From an uncultured Candidatus Saccharibacteria bacterium (lineage in GTDB: Bacteria > Patescibacteriota > Minisyncoccia > Phycocordibacterales > UBA9973): a DNA stretch of 37,896 nucleotides. Position numbers and translations under genes: made by a program. The stretch lies in assembly GCA_964591475.1 (NCBI GenBank), contig CAZQAX010000001.1:4613-42508 (forward strand), read 5' to 3'. The notes beneath the pieces were generated by a model. The model made no database searches. It had not been told where the DNA came from and saw nothing but the letters and a program-made list of their open reading frames with translations. Positions 1 through 7,414 of this stretch are shown here, piece after piece. How positions within the stretch are numbered: the first letter of the stretch is position 1; each line of letters opens with the position of its first letter.

Positions 1-23
1 AGTCTGGCGGGTTTTTTGCATAC

Positions 24-63
24 AAAAAACCCGCCTTACCTGATAATTTCAGGGGCGGGTTTG
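24..63 (-). terminator. Rho-independent terminator after the 72..944 gene (family-1 hairpin)
   Basis: Arms ACCCGCC / GGCGGGT enclose an inner CCTGA-TAATT-TCAGG mini-hairpin. A T-run follows on the minus strand. A near-identical copy lies at 1018..1055, and an inverted partial copy runs off the left window edge (1..20). Confidence 0.7.
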
Positions 64-71
64 ATTAAGGG

Positions 72-944
72 TTACTTAAGGGAGTTTTCGGGAATATAAA
101 ACCTTCGTATTAAAGCAGTCTTTGGGTCGACAACCTTGACCAATTTGGCCATAACCGAGCCCTCTGGTAAGGGTTTACTATCAATGTGTACGTCTTTGGT
201 TTCGGTACCCGAATTGATTCTGTCTATTTGTTGTTGTATACACCGAATCTCAAATTCATGCCCGTGAGAAAAGATTTTAATTTTACTATCCTTCTTGGGT
301 ATATGCTTTGTTTTAATTTCGGCCATTTTTCTCTTTAGCGATGCACGTTCTGTACGAATCTCGCCTTTTGATAAAGGTACCTGTTGATGAACCTTTTGGG
401 CCCACCAGGTAATGTAAAAAACATTTTTTGCATCAGTTGGTACAATATAAGGGTTTAGATCAAAATCCCTTTCCCAAGAGTTGTGGTATTCGAAAGATTC
501 TTGAAAACCAAGTTTTTCAGAAGTAATGCGCACCACCGAACCTTGCTCAAATAAATGTTGATCGTTTTTATTCATACGAACATATTCAGGTTGCTTATAT
601 TCATATACAATCTTTTCAAAAACCTCACCACAACCCAGGCTTCGATTTAAAACCAAGGGTTTGTTATCCTCGAGTAATGGCAAGATATTTTTCTTATGGT
701 CCACCAAACGCTCATCAAGCTTATTGATTTTAGTTGGCAAAAATGTTTGCCCACAGCCACCGCAAAAATAAACTACCACTATCTCTGTTTCTGCATAACC
801 ACCAGAGCCTGAACCGCCAATACGTCCATTACTAACCCAGCGAATGATTTTTCTCTCTATCTTTTCAAAAATATTGTACTGTTTACAGCTTGTACATAAT
901 TTACCAGTATCTAGTGACACTGAATTTTCTAATCCTTTTTCCAT
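72..944 (-). CDS. Hypothetical protein with putative Zn-ribbon (two CxxC pairs)
   Basis: 290-aa ORF starting at ATG. C17xxC20 and C61xxC64 flank a Gly-rich loop. No family recognised. It has its own promoter (985..1013) and terminator (24..63). Confidence 0.55.
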   Translation of the reverse strand: MEKGLENSVSLDTGKLCTSCKQYNIFEKIERKIIRWVSNGRIGGSGSGGYAETEIVVVYFCGGCGQTFLPTKINKLDERLVDHKKNILPLLEDNKPLVLNRSLGCGEVFEKIVYEYKQPEYVRMNKNDQHLFEQGSVVRITSEKLGFQESFEYHNSWERDFDLNPYIVPTDAKNVFYITWWAQKVHQQVPLSKGEIRTERASLKRKMAEIKTKHIPKKDSKIKIFSHGHEFEIRCIQQQIDRINSGTETKDVHIDSKPLPEGSVMAKLVKVVDPKTALIRRFYIPENSLK

Positions 945-984
945 TTTTATTCTATTTTTAAGTGAAACATATTTAACTGCCCAA

Positions 985-1013
985 ACCTTACCACACCCAC
1001 AAAACTATTGCAA
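985..1013 (-). promoter_or_regulatory. Sigma70-like promoter TTGCAA-17 nt-TAAGGT (TGg extended -10), family 1
   Basis: On the minus strand it reads TTGCAATAGTTTTGTGGGTGTGGTAAGGT followed by TTTGGGCAGTTAAAT. Almost identical copies lie at 1527..1555 and (core only) 22399..22425. Confidence 0.55.
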
Positions 1014-1017
1014 AAAC

Positions 1018-1055
1018 AAAAAACCCGCCAGCTGATAATTTCAGAGGCGGGTTTG
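1018..1055 (-). terminator. Rho-independent terminator after the 1065..1505 gene (family-1 hairpin, copy 2)
   Basis: AAAAAACCCGCC-AGCTGATAATTTCAGA-GGCGGGTTT. Same arms and same loop core (CTGATAATTTCAG) as 24..63. Confidence 0.7.
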
Positions 1056-1064
1056 ATTTATTTT

Positions 1065-1505
1065 TTATTCAATCAATTTAAGAGTCTGGTCTATATTTTT
1101 TTCACTAGAGATAGTTTCACCATGATCATTAGATTTCAGATTAATTTTAATGAAAGCTTTTTCAAATAAAAATTTGAAAACAGAAAATCCAATCACCATA
1201 GGCAGTAGTAGAAACAATCCCATAACCAAATTTAAATCTTTTAGTGCAGGATTATCCCTAACGGCAACCTCCCAATCTAAAAAGTATAAGCTCAACAGTA
1301 TAAACCATCCCATAAATTCACGAAAAAAAGTTTCGGGCTTAAGGTCTAAAACTACCGTTCGAGTAATCATAAAAGAGTTTAGCGCCAGGCATGTTCCCAA
1401 AAGGGAAAAACGAGCCACTGTTGGTAAGTAAAAGGAAATTACAGCAAGAGCCACAACAGTCCAGTTTCGTAAAACGTAATTGTTTATAAAGATCAATGTT
1501 TTCAT
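1065..1505 (-). CDS. Small multi-pass membrane protein, hypothetical
   Basis: The ORF-track start (TTG at 1526) directly abuts the -10 box at 1527..1532. The in-frame ATG at 1505 (MKTLIFINNY...) is therefore preferred. About 4 hydrophobic helices; no family recognised. Confidence 0.5.
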   Translation of the reverse strand: MKTLIFINNYVLRNWTVVALAVISFYLPTVARFSLLGTCLALNSFMITRTVVLDLKPETFFREFMGWFILLSLYFLDWEVAVRDNPALKDLNLVMGLFLLLPMVIGFSVFKFLFEKAFIKINLKSNDHGETISSEKNIDQTLKLIE

Positions 1506-1526
1506 AGCATATTTATTTCTGCTCAA

Positions 1527-1555
1527 ACCTTACCACACCGACAAAACTATTGCAA
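1527..1555 (-). promoter_or_regulatory. Sigma70-like promoter TTGCAA-17 nt-TAAGGT, family 1 copy
   Basis: The minus strand reads TTGCAATAGTTTTGTCGGTGTGGTAAGGT. About 43 nt are nearly identical to 983..1020. Confidence 0.55.
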
Positions 1556-1558
1556 AAC

Positions 1559-1590
1559 AAAAGTGCGCCGGCTATGCCGGCGCACTTTTG
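1559..1590 (-). terminator. Rho-independent terminator after fusA
   Basis: Perfect GC-rich palindrome AAAGTGCGCCGGC-TAT-GCCGGCGCACTTT with flanking A/T runs, about 17 nt past the fusA stop. Confidence 0.8.
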
Positions 1591-1606
1591 TTAAATATTT
1601 TTTAGA

Positions 1607-3748
1607 TTATTTTCTAGATTCAGCGATTTCTTTAGCTACGTTTGCTGGAACAACGTCGTAGCGCAAGAATTCCATCGAGAAGTTCGCACGGCCTTCGGTC
1701 ATAGAACGTAGGGCTGTAACGTAACCAAACATTTCTGACAGCGGTACAACGGCTTTGACAACCTTTGTCATACCACGGTCTTCCATACCTTCGATTAGTC
1801 CACGCTTTGATGATAGGTTACCCGATACGTCACCCATGAATTGTTCAGGTGTAAACACTTCAACTTTCATCATAGGTTCTAGAATAACCGGTTTAGCTAA
1901 TTTAGCTGCATCTTGGAAGGCGTATGAAGCCGCCAATTTGAAGGCGATTTCAGATGAGTCAACATCGTGGTATGAACCATCATATAGTTCAGCCGCAATG
2001 TTAACCATTTTGAATCCAGCTGTAACACCGCGATCCATAGCTTCTTTCACACCCTTTTCAACTGCAGGGATAAATTCGTTAGGAATAGCACCACCTTTGA
2101 TATTGTTAGTAAATTCAAAGTGAGCGTAACGTTTAACGTTTTTCGGTACATCTTCGGGATCGATAGACATATCCATAGGTTTTAGGCGCAAACGTACGTG
2201 ACCGTACTGACCCTTACCACCTGATTGTTTAATGTATTTGTGTTCAGCTTCAGCTTCGCCCAAAATAGTTTCGCGGTATGCAACCATTGGTTTACCAACG
2301 TTTGCTTCAACCGAGAATTCTCGCTTCAAACGATCAACGATAATTTCAAGGTGCAATTCGCCCATACCGTAAATAACAGTATCGCCTGTTTCACCATCTG
2401 AAATAATTTTGAATGTTGGGTCTTCTTCGGCCAATCGATTAAGAGCCATACCCATTTTTTCTTGGTCAGCTTTAGTCTTTGGTTCGATACGCAATGAGAT
2501 AACTGGTTCAGGGAAGATCATACGATCTAGAATAACCGGAGCATCTTCGGCACATAGTGTGTCAGATGTAATAGTATCTTTCAAACCAACCGCAGCGGCG
2601 ATTTCACCGGCGAAAACTTTTTTAACATCTTCACGTTCGTTGGCGTGCATACGTAATATGCGACCAATACGTTCTTTGTTACCTGTACGAGTGTTTAAAA
2701 TATATGAACCAGCTTCAACAGTACCAGAATATACACGGAAGAAGATAAGCTTACCCACGAATGGGTCAGCTGCAACCTTGAATGCCAATGCGGCAAAAGG
2801 AGCTTTGTCGTCAGCTGGGCGGTCAACTTCTTCGCCTGTATTTTCATCAATACCTTTGGCTGCTGGAATGTCAGTTGGGCTTGGTAGGTAATCAACAACA
2901 CCGTCCAATACCAATTGCACACCCTTGTTGTGTAGCGCTGAACCAGCATACACAGGGAAAATTGCGTTGGCGATTACGGCCTTGCGCAAAGTCTTTTTAA
3001 GTTCATCAACTGATGGCACAGTACCTTCTAGGTACGCTGCCATTTGAGCATCATCATGTTCAACAATACGTTCAACTAATTCGTTGTGATATTTTGTAGA
3101 CACCTCAAGCAATTCAGCTGGAATTTCTTTCTCAACAATTTGAGAACCCATCACACCTTCGAAATAAAAGGCTTTCATTTTTAGCAAATCAACAACGCCT
3201 TCGTGGTTAGATTCTTCACCAATAGGTATTTGCATACGAACCGCTTTTTTATTCAAACGATTTAAAATTGAATTATATGAAAATTCAAACGAAGCACCTG
3301 TTCGGTCAAGTTTGTTAATGAAACAAATACGTGGCACATTGGCTTCGTCAGCATAACGCCAGTTTGTTTCAGATTGTGGTTCAACACCGGCAACACCATC
3401 GAACACAACAACCGCACCGTCTAGTACGCGAAGTGAACGCTTCACTTCAACCGTAAAGTCAATGTGACCAGGTGTGTCAATAATATTAAAACGGTGTTTT
3501 GCATTTTTGTCGTTTGGAGCGTATGTTGGGTTCCAAAAACAAGTTACAGCAGCTGCAGTAATTGTAATACCGCGCTCTTTTTCTTGTTCCATCCAGTCAG
3601 TTGTGGCTTCACCGTTGTGAACCTCACCGATTTTGTGACTCATACCAGTGTAATACAACACGCGTTCAGACGTAGTTGTTTTACCGGCATCAATATGAGC
3701 AATGATACCGAAATTTCGAACTTTTTCTAATGGGAAATCTCTATTCAT
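1607..3748 (-). CDS. fusA: Translation elongation factor G
   Basis: GTPase motifs [14 protein letters not shown] and NKLD; full-length EF-G domains I-V. The first 36 codons of the track ORF are upstream read-through. The start is set at [25 protein letters not shown] (3856 minus 108). Confidence 0.95.
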   Translation of the reverse strand: MNRDFPLEKVRNFGIIAHIDAGKTTTSERVLYYTGMSHKIGEVHNGEATTDWMEQEKERGITITAAAVTCFWNPTYAPNDKNAKHRFNIIDTPGHIDFTVEVKRSLRVLDGAVVVFDGVAGVEPQSETNWRYADEANVPRICFINKLDRTGASFEFSYNSILNRLNKKAVRMQIPIGEESNHEGVVDLLKMKAFYFEGVMGSQIVEKEIPAELLEVSTKYHNELVERIVEHDDAQMAAYLEGTVPSVDELKKTLRKAVIANAIFPVYAGSALHNKGVQLVLDGVVDYLPSPTDIPAAKGIDENTGEEVDRPADDKAPFAALAFKVAADPFVGKLIFFRVYSGTVEAGSYILNTRTGNKERIGRILRMHANEREDVKKVFAGEIAAAVGLKDTITSDTLCAEDAPVILDRMIFPEPVISLRIEPKTKADQEKMGMALNRLAEEDPTFKIISDGETGDTVIYGMGELHLEIIVDRLKREFSVEANVGKPMVAYRETILGEAEAEHKYIKQSGGKGQYGHVRLRLKPMDMSIDPEDVPKNVKRYAHFEFTNNIKGGAIPNEFIPAVEKGVKEAMDRGVTAGFKMVNIAAELYDGSYHDVDSSEIAFKLAASYAFQDAAKLAKPVILEPMMKVEVFTPEQFMGDVSGNLSSKRGLIEGMEDRGMTKVVKAVVPLSEMFGYVTALRSMTEGRANFSMEFLRYDVVPANVAKEIAESRK

Positions 3749-3791
3749 AAAACTTTTAATGTATTGTTGATTAATATTAATTAATACGACC

Positions 3792-3820
3792 ACCTTACCA
3801 CAAAAACCCCCAAAAGCAAA
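3792..3820 (-). promoter_or_regulatory. Own promoter for fusA (TTGCTT-16/17 nt-TAAGGT, TGg extended -10)
   Basis: The minus strand reads TTTGCTTTTGGGGGTTTTTGTGGTAAGGT. It shares the TGTGGTAAGGT core with family-1 promoters and lies just downstream of terminator 3855..3880. Confidence 0.5.
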
Positions 3821-3854
3821 GAAATTAACCCACCTATACCCAAAATTTGGCAAC

Positions 3855-3880
3855 AAAAAACCCTGCCGAAGCAGGGTTTA
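3855..3880 (-). terminator. Rho-independent terminator after the 2OG oxygenase gene
   Basis: AAACCCTGC-CGAA-GCAGGGTTT, followed by a T-run on the minus strand. Confidence 0.75.
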
Positions 3881-3882
3881 GA

Positions 3883-4695
3883 TTATTTAAGTGTTGTTAC
3901 TGGAGGGGCTCCGTAAAAGTATTCCTTAAATTTACTAAATGGCATTTTATAATTCAAGCCATCAGGGAATACTTTTTTGGTACTACCAAACCTCATTCTG
4001 TCATAACCTATGTCGCTAAAATCTAAAAACAGATTTATTGAATTTCGACACAAATCTGGACTGTTTGAAATAATCCTGTGATTCAAAGCTGGTATTTCAC
4101 ATTCGCTGTAATACTGAATGTTTAAGCCCGGGTAAATTAATACGTGTTCATGACTGGGGCTTACAAGCTCCCACCGATCTTTCCATAAAATCTCAAGCCC
4201 GGGCTGATCCTCAATAATTAAAACAGTTATGCCATTATCGACATGTGACGGTGAAATAATAGTTTGATAGGGGGCAGGAAAGTATTTTGTGAACTTTAAC
4301 TTCCAATACCTTTTGGTTTCTCTTAGATTTTTAGGCAAATCAAACCACGAGCTAACATCAAAAACGTCAACTATTGGAACTATTGATTCGTACAAGTGAC
4401 TTAAAGTATTTTTAATCCGGTCAAGCATAATACCATCAATACCCGACATGGTTTCATCATTAAAGTTTTTTTGACCTAATGACATCGTAAACGATTCTTC
4501 TTTATCTGTTAGTACATAACCACAGTCATCAAAGCGCTCTTTTACGTAGATTTTTTTGTGGTCAAGATCTTGATCACAAAACTTTTTCCAGGCTTCCATT
4601 AAGTCTGTAGATTCTAGGGCCAAACTAGGGCTTATAGGGTTTTGGAAAAGTCCATTACTTCTAAGCAGTTCGTATTTCATTTTTTTGTTTCCCAT
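3883..4695 (-). CDS. 2-oxoglutarate/Fe(II)-dependent oxygenase family protein
   Basis: The C-terminal half reads HVDNGITVLIIEDQPGLEILWKDRWELVSPSHEHVLIYPGLNIQYYSECEIPALNHRIISNSPDLCRNS. This gives an HxD...H facial triad plus RxS about 11 residues after the distal His, the classic 2OG-FeII_Oxy (IPNS-like) signature. Confidence 0.7.
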   Translation of the reverse strand: MGNKKMKYELLRSNGLFQNPISPSLALESTDLMEAWKKFCDQDLDHKKIYVKERFDDCGYVLTDKEESFTMSLGQKNFNDETMSGIDGIMLDRIKNTLSHLYESIVPIVDVFDVSSWFDLPKNLRETKRYWKLKFTKYFPAPYQTIISPSHVDNGITVLIIEDQPGLEILWKDRWELVSPSHEHVLIYPGLNIQYYSECEIPALNHRIISNSPDLCRNSINLFLDFSDIGYDRMRFGSTKKVFPDGLNYKMPFSKFKEYFYGAPPVTTLK

Positions 4696-4759
4696 GTGAT
4701 TCTTATTTTAAGTTCTGCACCCTTTTTACACTTTATTTATATTTTTGTAAACCCCAATA

Positions 4760-4787
4760 AAAAATCCCACAATTGTGGGATTTTTTA
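4760..4787 (-). terminator. Rho-independent terminator after rpsG
   Basis: AAAAATCCCAC-AATT-GTGGGATTTTT palindrome immediately past the rpsG stop. Confidence 0.75.
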
Positions 4788-4799
4788 TTTAGTATTTTA

Positions 4800-5267
4800 T
4801 TACCAAGCAAAGTGGGCAAACGCCTTGTTGGCTTCAGCCATTTTGTGAGTGTCTTCGCGTTTTTTAACCGCAGAACCTTCACCTTTTGAGGCAGCTAACA
4901 ATTCGTCAGCTAGTTTTTTATGAGTTGCTACGCCTTTTTTAGAACGAGTAGCTTCTTTCATCCAACGCATTGATAATGCAATCTTGCGTTCAGGTCGAAC
5001 TTCGCGAGGGACTTGGTAGTTAGCACCACCAATACGACGTGATCGAACCTCAATGATTGGGCCAGTGTTCTTCAAAGCTTCTTCGAAAACAAGCATTGGG
5101 TCTTCACCAGTTTTTTCACGGATAATGTCAAATGCACCGTAAACGATTTTTTCAGCTGCTGATTTGTTACCATCCCACATCATGTAGTTTATGAACTTAC
5201 CAACACGTTCGTTGTTGTACAGACGATCAGCTTTTGGGTATATTCGGTTTTTTACTTTTCTTCGCAT
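4800..5267 (-). CDS. rpsG: 30S ribosomal protein S7
   Basis: 155 aa with full-length uS7 similarity (…DGNKSAAEKIVYGAFD…, …VEVRSRRIGGANYQVP…, …MAEANKAFAHFAW). Confidence 0.95.
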   Translation of the reverse strand: MRRKVKNRIYPKADRLYNNERVGKFINYMMWDGNKSAAEKIVYGAFDIIREKTGEDPMLVFEEALKNTGPIIEVRSRRIGGANYQVPREVRPERKIALSMRWMKEATRSKKGVATHKKLADELLAASKGEGSAVKKREDTHKMAEANKAFAHFAW

Positions 5268-5288
5268 ATTATTTTTATTATTTAAAAA

Positions 5289-5711
5289 TTATTTCTTGTC
5301 AGCTTTAGGTCTTTTAACACCATAACGTGAGCGAGACTTTTTGCGACCATCAACACCTGTAGTGTCTAATCGGCCACGAACAACAGTGTAACGTACACCG
5401 ATCAAGTCTTTAACACGACCGCCACGAATAACAACCACTGAGTGTTCTTGTAATTTGTGACCCATACCTGGAATGTAGGCAGTTACTTCGTTACCGTTAG
5501 TTAATCGAATACGAGCAATTTTACGAACCGCAGAGTTAGGCTTTTTAGGTGTTGTTGTTGTAACCTTTACGCAAACTCCACGTTTAAATGGTGATGGATA
5601 AAAAGTTGGCTTGTTTTGTAAGTGGTTAAATCCACGAGCCAAGGCCACAGTCTTTTTAAGCTTTGACTGCTGGACACGAGGCTTTTTAATTAATTGGTTA
5701 ATTGTTGGCAT
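5289..5711 (-). CDS. rpsL: 30S ribosomal protein S12
   Basis: [12 protein letters not shown]…, [29 protein letters not shown], and a C-terminal basic tail. It carries a roughly 13-aa N-terminal-region insertion and Ile in place of the conserved Pro of KDLPGVRY. Confidence 0.95.
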   Translation of the reverse strand: MPTINQLIKKPRVQQSKLKKTVALARGFNHLQNKPTFYPSPFKRGVCVKVTTTTPKKPNSAVRKIARIRLTNGNEVTAYIPGMGHKLQEHSVVVIRGGRVKDLIGVRYTVVRGRLDTTGVDGRKKSRSRYGVKRPKADKK

Positions 5712-5781
5712 AATTTATTGAATCTGAAGTATACTACAAATCATTTTTTTTGCAAGTCGCCGACCAATTTATTTATAAAAA

Positions 5782-6405
5782 CTAAAAACTGGTCCCAGTC
5801 AGGTAGAAAAACGAATATTTAACCAAGGGTTCTAATATAATGTTTGAACCCAGAAAAACAAAGGCGATTATCAATATAAAAGCATATTTATTCAAGAAGT
5901 TTTCGATATAGCGATAGCGCGCAGGAAGTAAGGCAAAAACTACTTTTGACCCATCAAGAGGTGGTATTGGTATAAGGTTGAAAAAACCTAAAACAATGTT
6001 AACTAATACAATTAGGTACACCGCGGTCATAGCACTAGCGGGTATGCCCCAGCCAGCACCAAACCGAGCAACTAAACCAAATACGATTGCTATACAAAAA
6101 TTGGCAACGACTCCGGCAAGCGATACCTCGAGCATACCTTTTTTAGGATTTGTAAAATTGCGCTCATTCACAGGTACTGGTTTGGCCCAACCCAATAAAA
6201 TTGGTGAGCTAATAGCGATCAAGATTGCCGGCAATATAATAGAGCCAAATAGGTCAATGTGCGAAATTGGGTTTAATGTTAAACGACCGGCCATTTCGGC
6301 CGTATCATCGCCATTGCGACGGGCGGCATAACCATGGGCTACCTCGTGAATAACGACTGAAAATATTAAAATGACTAAATATAGTATATTACCGCTTAGA
6401 TTCAT
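5782..6405 (-). CDS. Site-2 protease family (peptidase M50) membrane metalloprotease
   Basis: HEVAHG (HExxH) in the first TM helix and NLIPIPPLDGSKV (NxxPxxxLDG) in a later helix; multi-pass membrane protein. Confidence 0.8.
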   Translation of the reverse strand: MNLSGNILYLVILIFSVVIHEVAHGYAARRNGDDTAEMAGRLTLNPISHIDLFGSIILPAILIAISSPILLGWAKPVPVNERNFTNPKKGMLEVSLAGVVANFCIAIVFGLVARFGAGWGIPASAMTAVYLIVLVNIVLGFFNLIPIPPLDGSKVVFALLPARYRYIENFLNKYAFILIIAFVFLGSNIILEPLVKYSFFYLTGTSF

Positions 6406-6413
6406 ATAAAATC

Positions 6414-6422
6414 ATTATATCA
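6414..6422 (-). promoter_or_regulatory. Extended -10 box TGaTATAAT, 8 nt upstream of the M50 protease ATG
   Basis: The minus strand reads TGATATAAT-gattttat-ATG, which implies a leaderless or near-leaderless mRNA. Confidence 0.45.
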
Positions 6423-6472
6423 GAGATTTGGACTTGCACTATATTAAAACATATGCTAATATCGGGTCTTAT

Positions 6473-6718
6473 ATGGCAAAGACATGCGCAATCACAAATA
6501 AGAAGTCAATTATGGGCGGGGGTTACTCGACCAAGGTTCGTGCTACCAAATTTAACCCAATTGGTATGTCTCGCAAATACGTAAACCTACAAAAAAAGCG
6601 TATTTACGTACCAGAACTTAAAAAGACTTTCAGCCTTACAATTTCAACCCAAGCCCTACGTACAATCAACAAAAACGGTGCGTACGCAGTATTGAAACAA
6701 GCAGGTATCATTAAATAA
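6473..6718 (+). CDS. rpmB: 50S ribosomal protein L28
   Basis: MAKTCAITNKKSIMGGGYSTKVRATKFNPIGMSRKYVNLQKKRIYV… matches bL28. The track ORF begins at an upstream TTG (6428); the ATG at 6473 matches the family N-terminus. Confidence 0.85.
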   Translation: MAKTCAITNKKSIMGGGYSTKVRATKFNPIGMSRKYVNLQKKRIYVPELKKTFSLTISTQALRTINKNGAYAVLKQAGIIK

Positions 6719-6726
6719 AAAAAATA

Positions 6727-6755
6727 AAAACCTCGCATACATTGCGAGTTTTTTA
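6727..6755 (+). terminator. Rho-independent terminator after rpmB
   Basis: CTCGCA-TACAT-TGCGAG followed by T6. Confidence 0.7.
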
Positions 6756-6759
6756 TTTA

Positions 6760-6783
6760 CCCCCACCCCCTAACCCCCTCCCC
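6760..6783 (-). other. G-quadruplex motif on the minus strand (i-motif C-tracts on the plus strand)
   Basis: The plus strand reads C5-A-C5-TAA-C5-T-C4. The minus strand reads GGGGAGGGGGTTAGGGGGTGGGGG, four G4-5 tracts with 1-3 nt loops. The last C-tract can alternatively pair with GGAGGGGG at about 6795..6802. Confidence 0.6.
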
Positions 6784-6823
6784 AGCATAGCCAAGGAGGG
6801 GGAAGAAAAATATAAAATAGTTC

Positions 6824-6901
6824 TTGTGGCAAGGGCGCGCGCAGGCTGGCGAGCCGAGCCAGAGCAATTTTCGCTCAGGAAAATATGCGGTCCTTGCGCA
6901 A
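6824..6901. other. GC-rich, roughly 78-nt imperfect palindrome / structured element of unknown function (candidate small RNA or protein-binding site)
   Basis: The outer arms TTGTGGCAAGGGCGC (6824..6838) and GCGGTCCTTGCGCAA (6887..6901) pair with two bulges. Inner mini-hairpins are GGCT-GGCG-AGCC and GAGC-AATTTTC-GCTC. GC content is far above that of the surrounding spacer. Confidence 0.35.
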
Positions 6902-6921
6902 GAAGCTATTTTTGATTTTTC

Positions 6922-6930
6922 TGCTAAAAT
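6922..6930 (+). promoter_or_regulatory. Extended -10 box TGcTAAAAT, 6 nt upstream of the mscL ATG
   Basis: TGCTAAAAT-atatac-ATG implies a leaderless mscL transcript. Confidence 0.5.
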
Positions 6931-6936
6931 ATATAC

Positions 6937-7323
6937 ATGAAACTAATCAAAGAATTTAAAACCTTTGCCATGCGTGGCAATGTTATGGATCTAGCAGTTG
7001 GGGTTATTATTGGTGCCGCATTTGGCAAAATCGTTGATTCATTGGTCAACGACGTTATCATGCCAGCTATTGGTATAGTTATTGGTGGTATTAATTTTAC
7101 CGATTTATCATTTGCACTTGGCGATTCAGTTATTAAATATGGCTCATTTATACAAGCTATTTTAAACTTTACCATTGTTGCCTTTGCAGTATTTATATTT
7201 ATTAAAGGTTTAAACAAGGTTAAAAAAGAAGCCCCAAAAACAGACGAAGCCCCAGCACCTACCCCCGAAGACATTACCCTATTGCGCGAAATTCGTGATT
7301 CATTAAAAAACCGACAGCAATAA
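6937..7323 (+). CDS. mscL: Large-conductance mechanosensitive channel
   Basis: [43 protein letters not shown]… is the typical MscL N-terminus and TM1. 128 aa with two TM helices. Confidence 0.9.
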   Translation: MKLIKEFKTFAMRGNVMDLAVGVIIGAAFGKIVDSLVNDVIMPAIGIVIGGINFTDLSFALGDSVIKYGSFIQAILNFTIVAFAVFIFIKGLNKVKKEAPKTDEAPAPTPEDITLLREIRDSLKNRQQ

Positions 7324-7372
7324 ACATTCCAACATTCTCCAGAATATTGGAATGTTAAAAAATTAAATAAAT

Positions 7373-7413
7373 AAAAAAAACCGCTCAACAATAAGTTAAT
7401 ATTGAGCGGTTTT
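7373..7413. terminator. Bidirectional terminator between mscL and the convergent MBL-domain gene
   Basis: A8-CCGCTCAA-(13 nt)-TTGAGCGG-T4. A second 10-bp hairpin (ACATTCCAA…TTGGAATGT) lies at about 7323..7356. Confidence 0.7.
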
Positions 7414-7414
7414 A

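Noticed and set aside
1755-3730. Several plus-strand ORFs of 72-160 aa inside fusA (1755..2123, 2409..2891, 2782..3000, 3464..3730), plus a minus-strand out-of-frame ORF (2695..2949)
   Set aside because: They lie entirely within the strongly supported EF-G coding region. They have low-complexity, unfamiliar translations and no promoter or start context. These are shadow ORFs.
3749-3856. 36-codon N-terminal extension of the fusA ORF
   Set aside because: The extension ([13 protein letters not shown]…) has no EF-G homology and overlaps the promoter region. The conserved EF-G N-terminus begins at the ATG at 3748.
6824-6901. Could the GC-rich island be a tRNA, SRP RNA or known riboswitch?
   Set aside because: It has no T-loop (GTTCRANYC), no cloverleaf and no GGAA-type SRP domain IV motif. 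I could not match it to fluoride, guanidine or preQ1 consensus sequences. It also lies upstream of, not within, the apparent mscL transcript. It is kept only as an unexplained structured element.
6924-7391. 155-aa minus-strand ORF
   Set aside because: It is exactly antisense to mscL, whose product is unmistakable. The ORF runs through the mscL terminator and has no independent signals.
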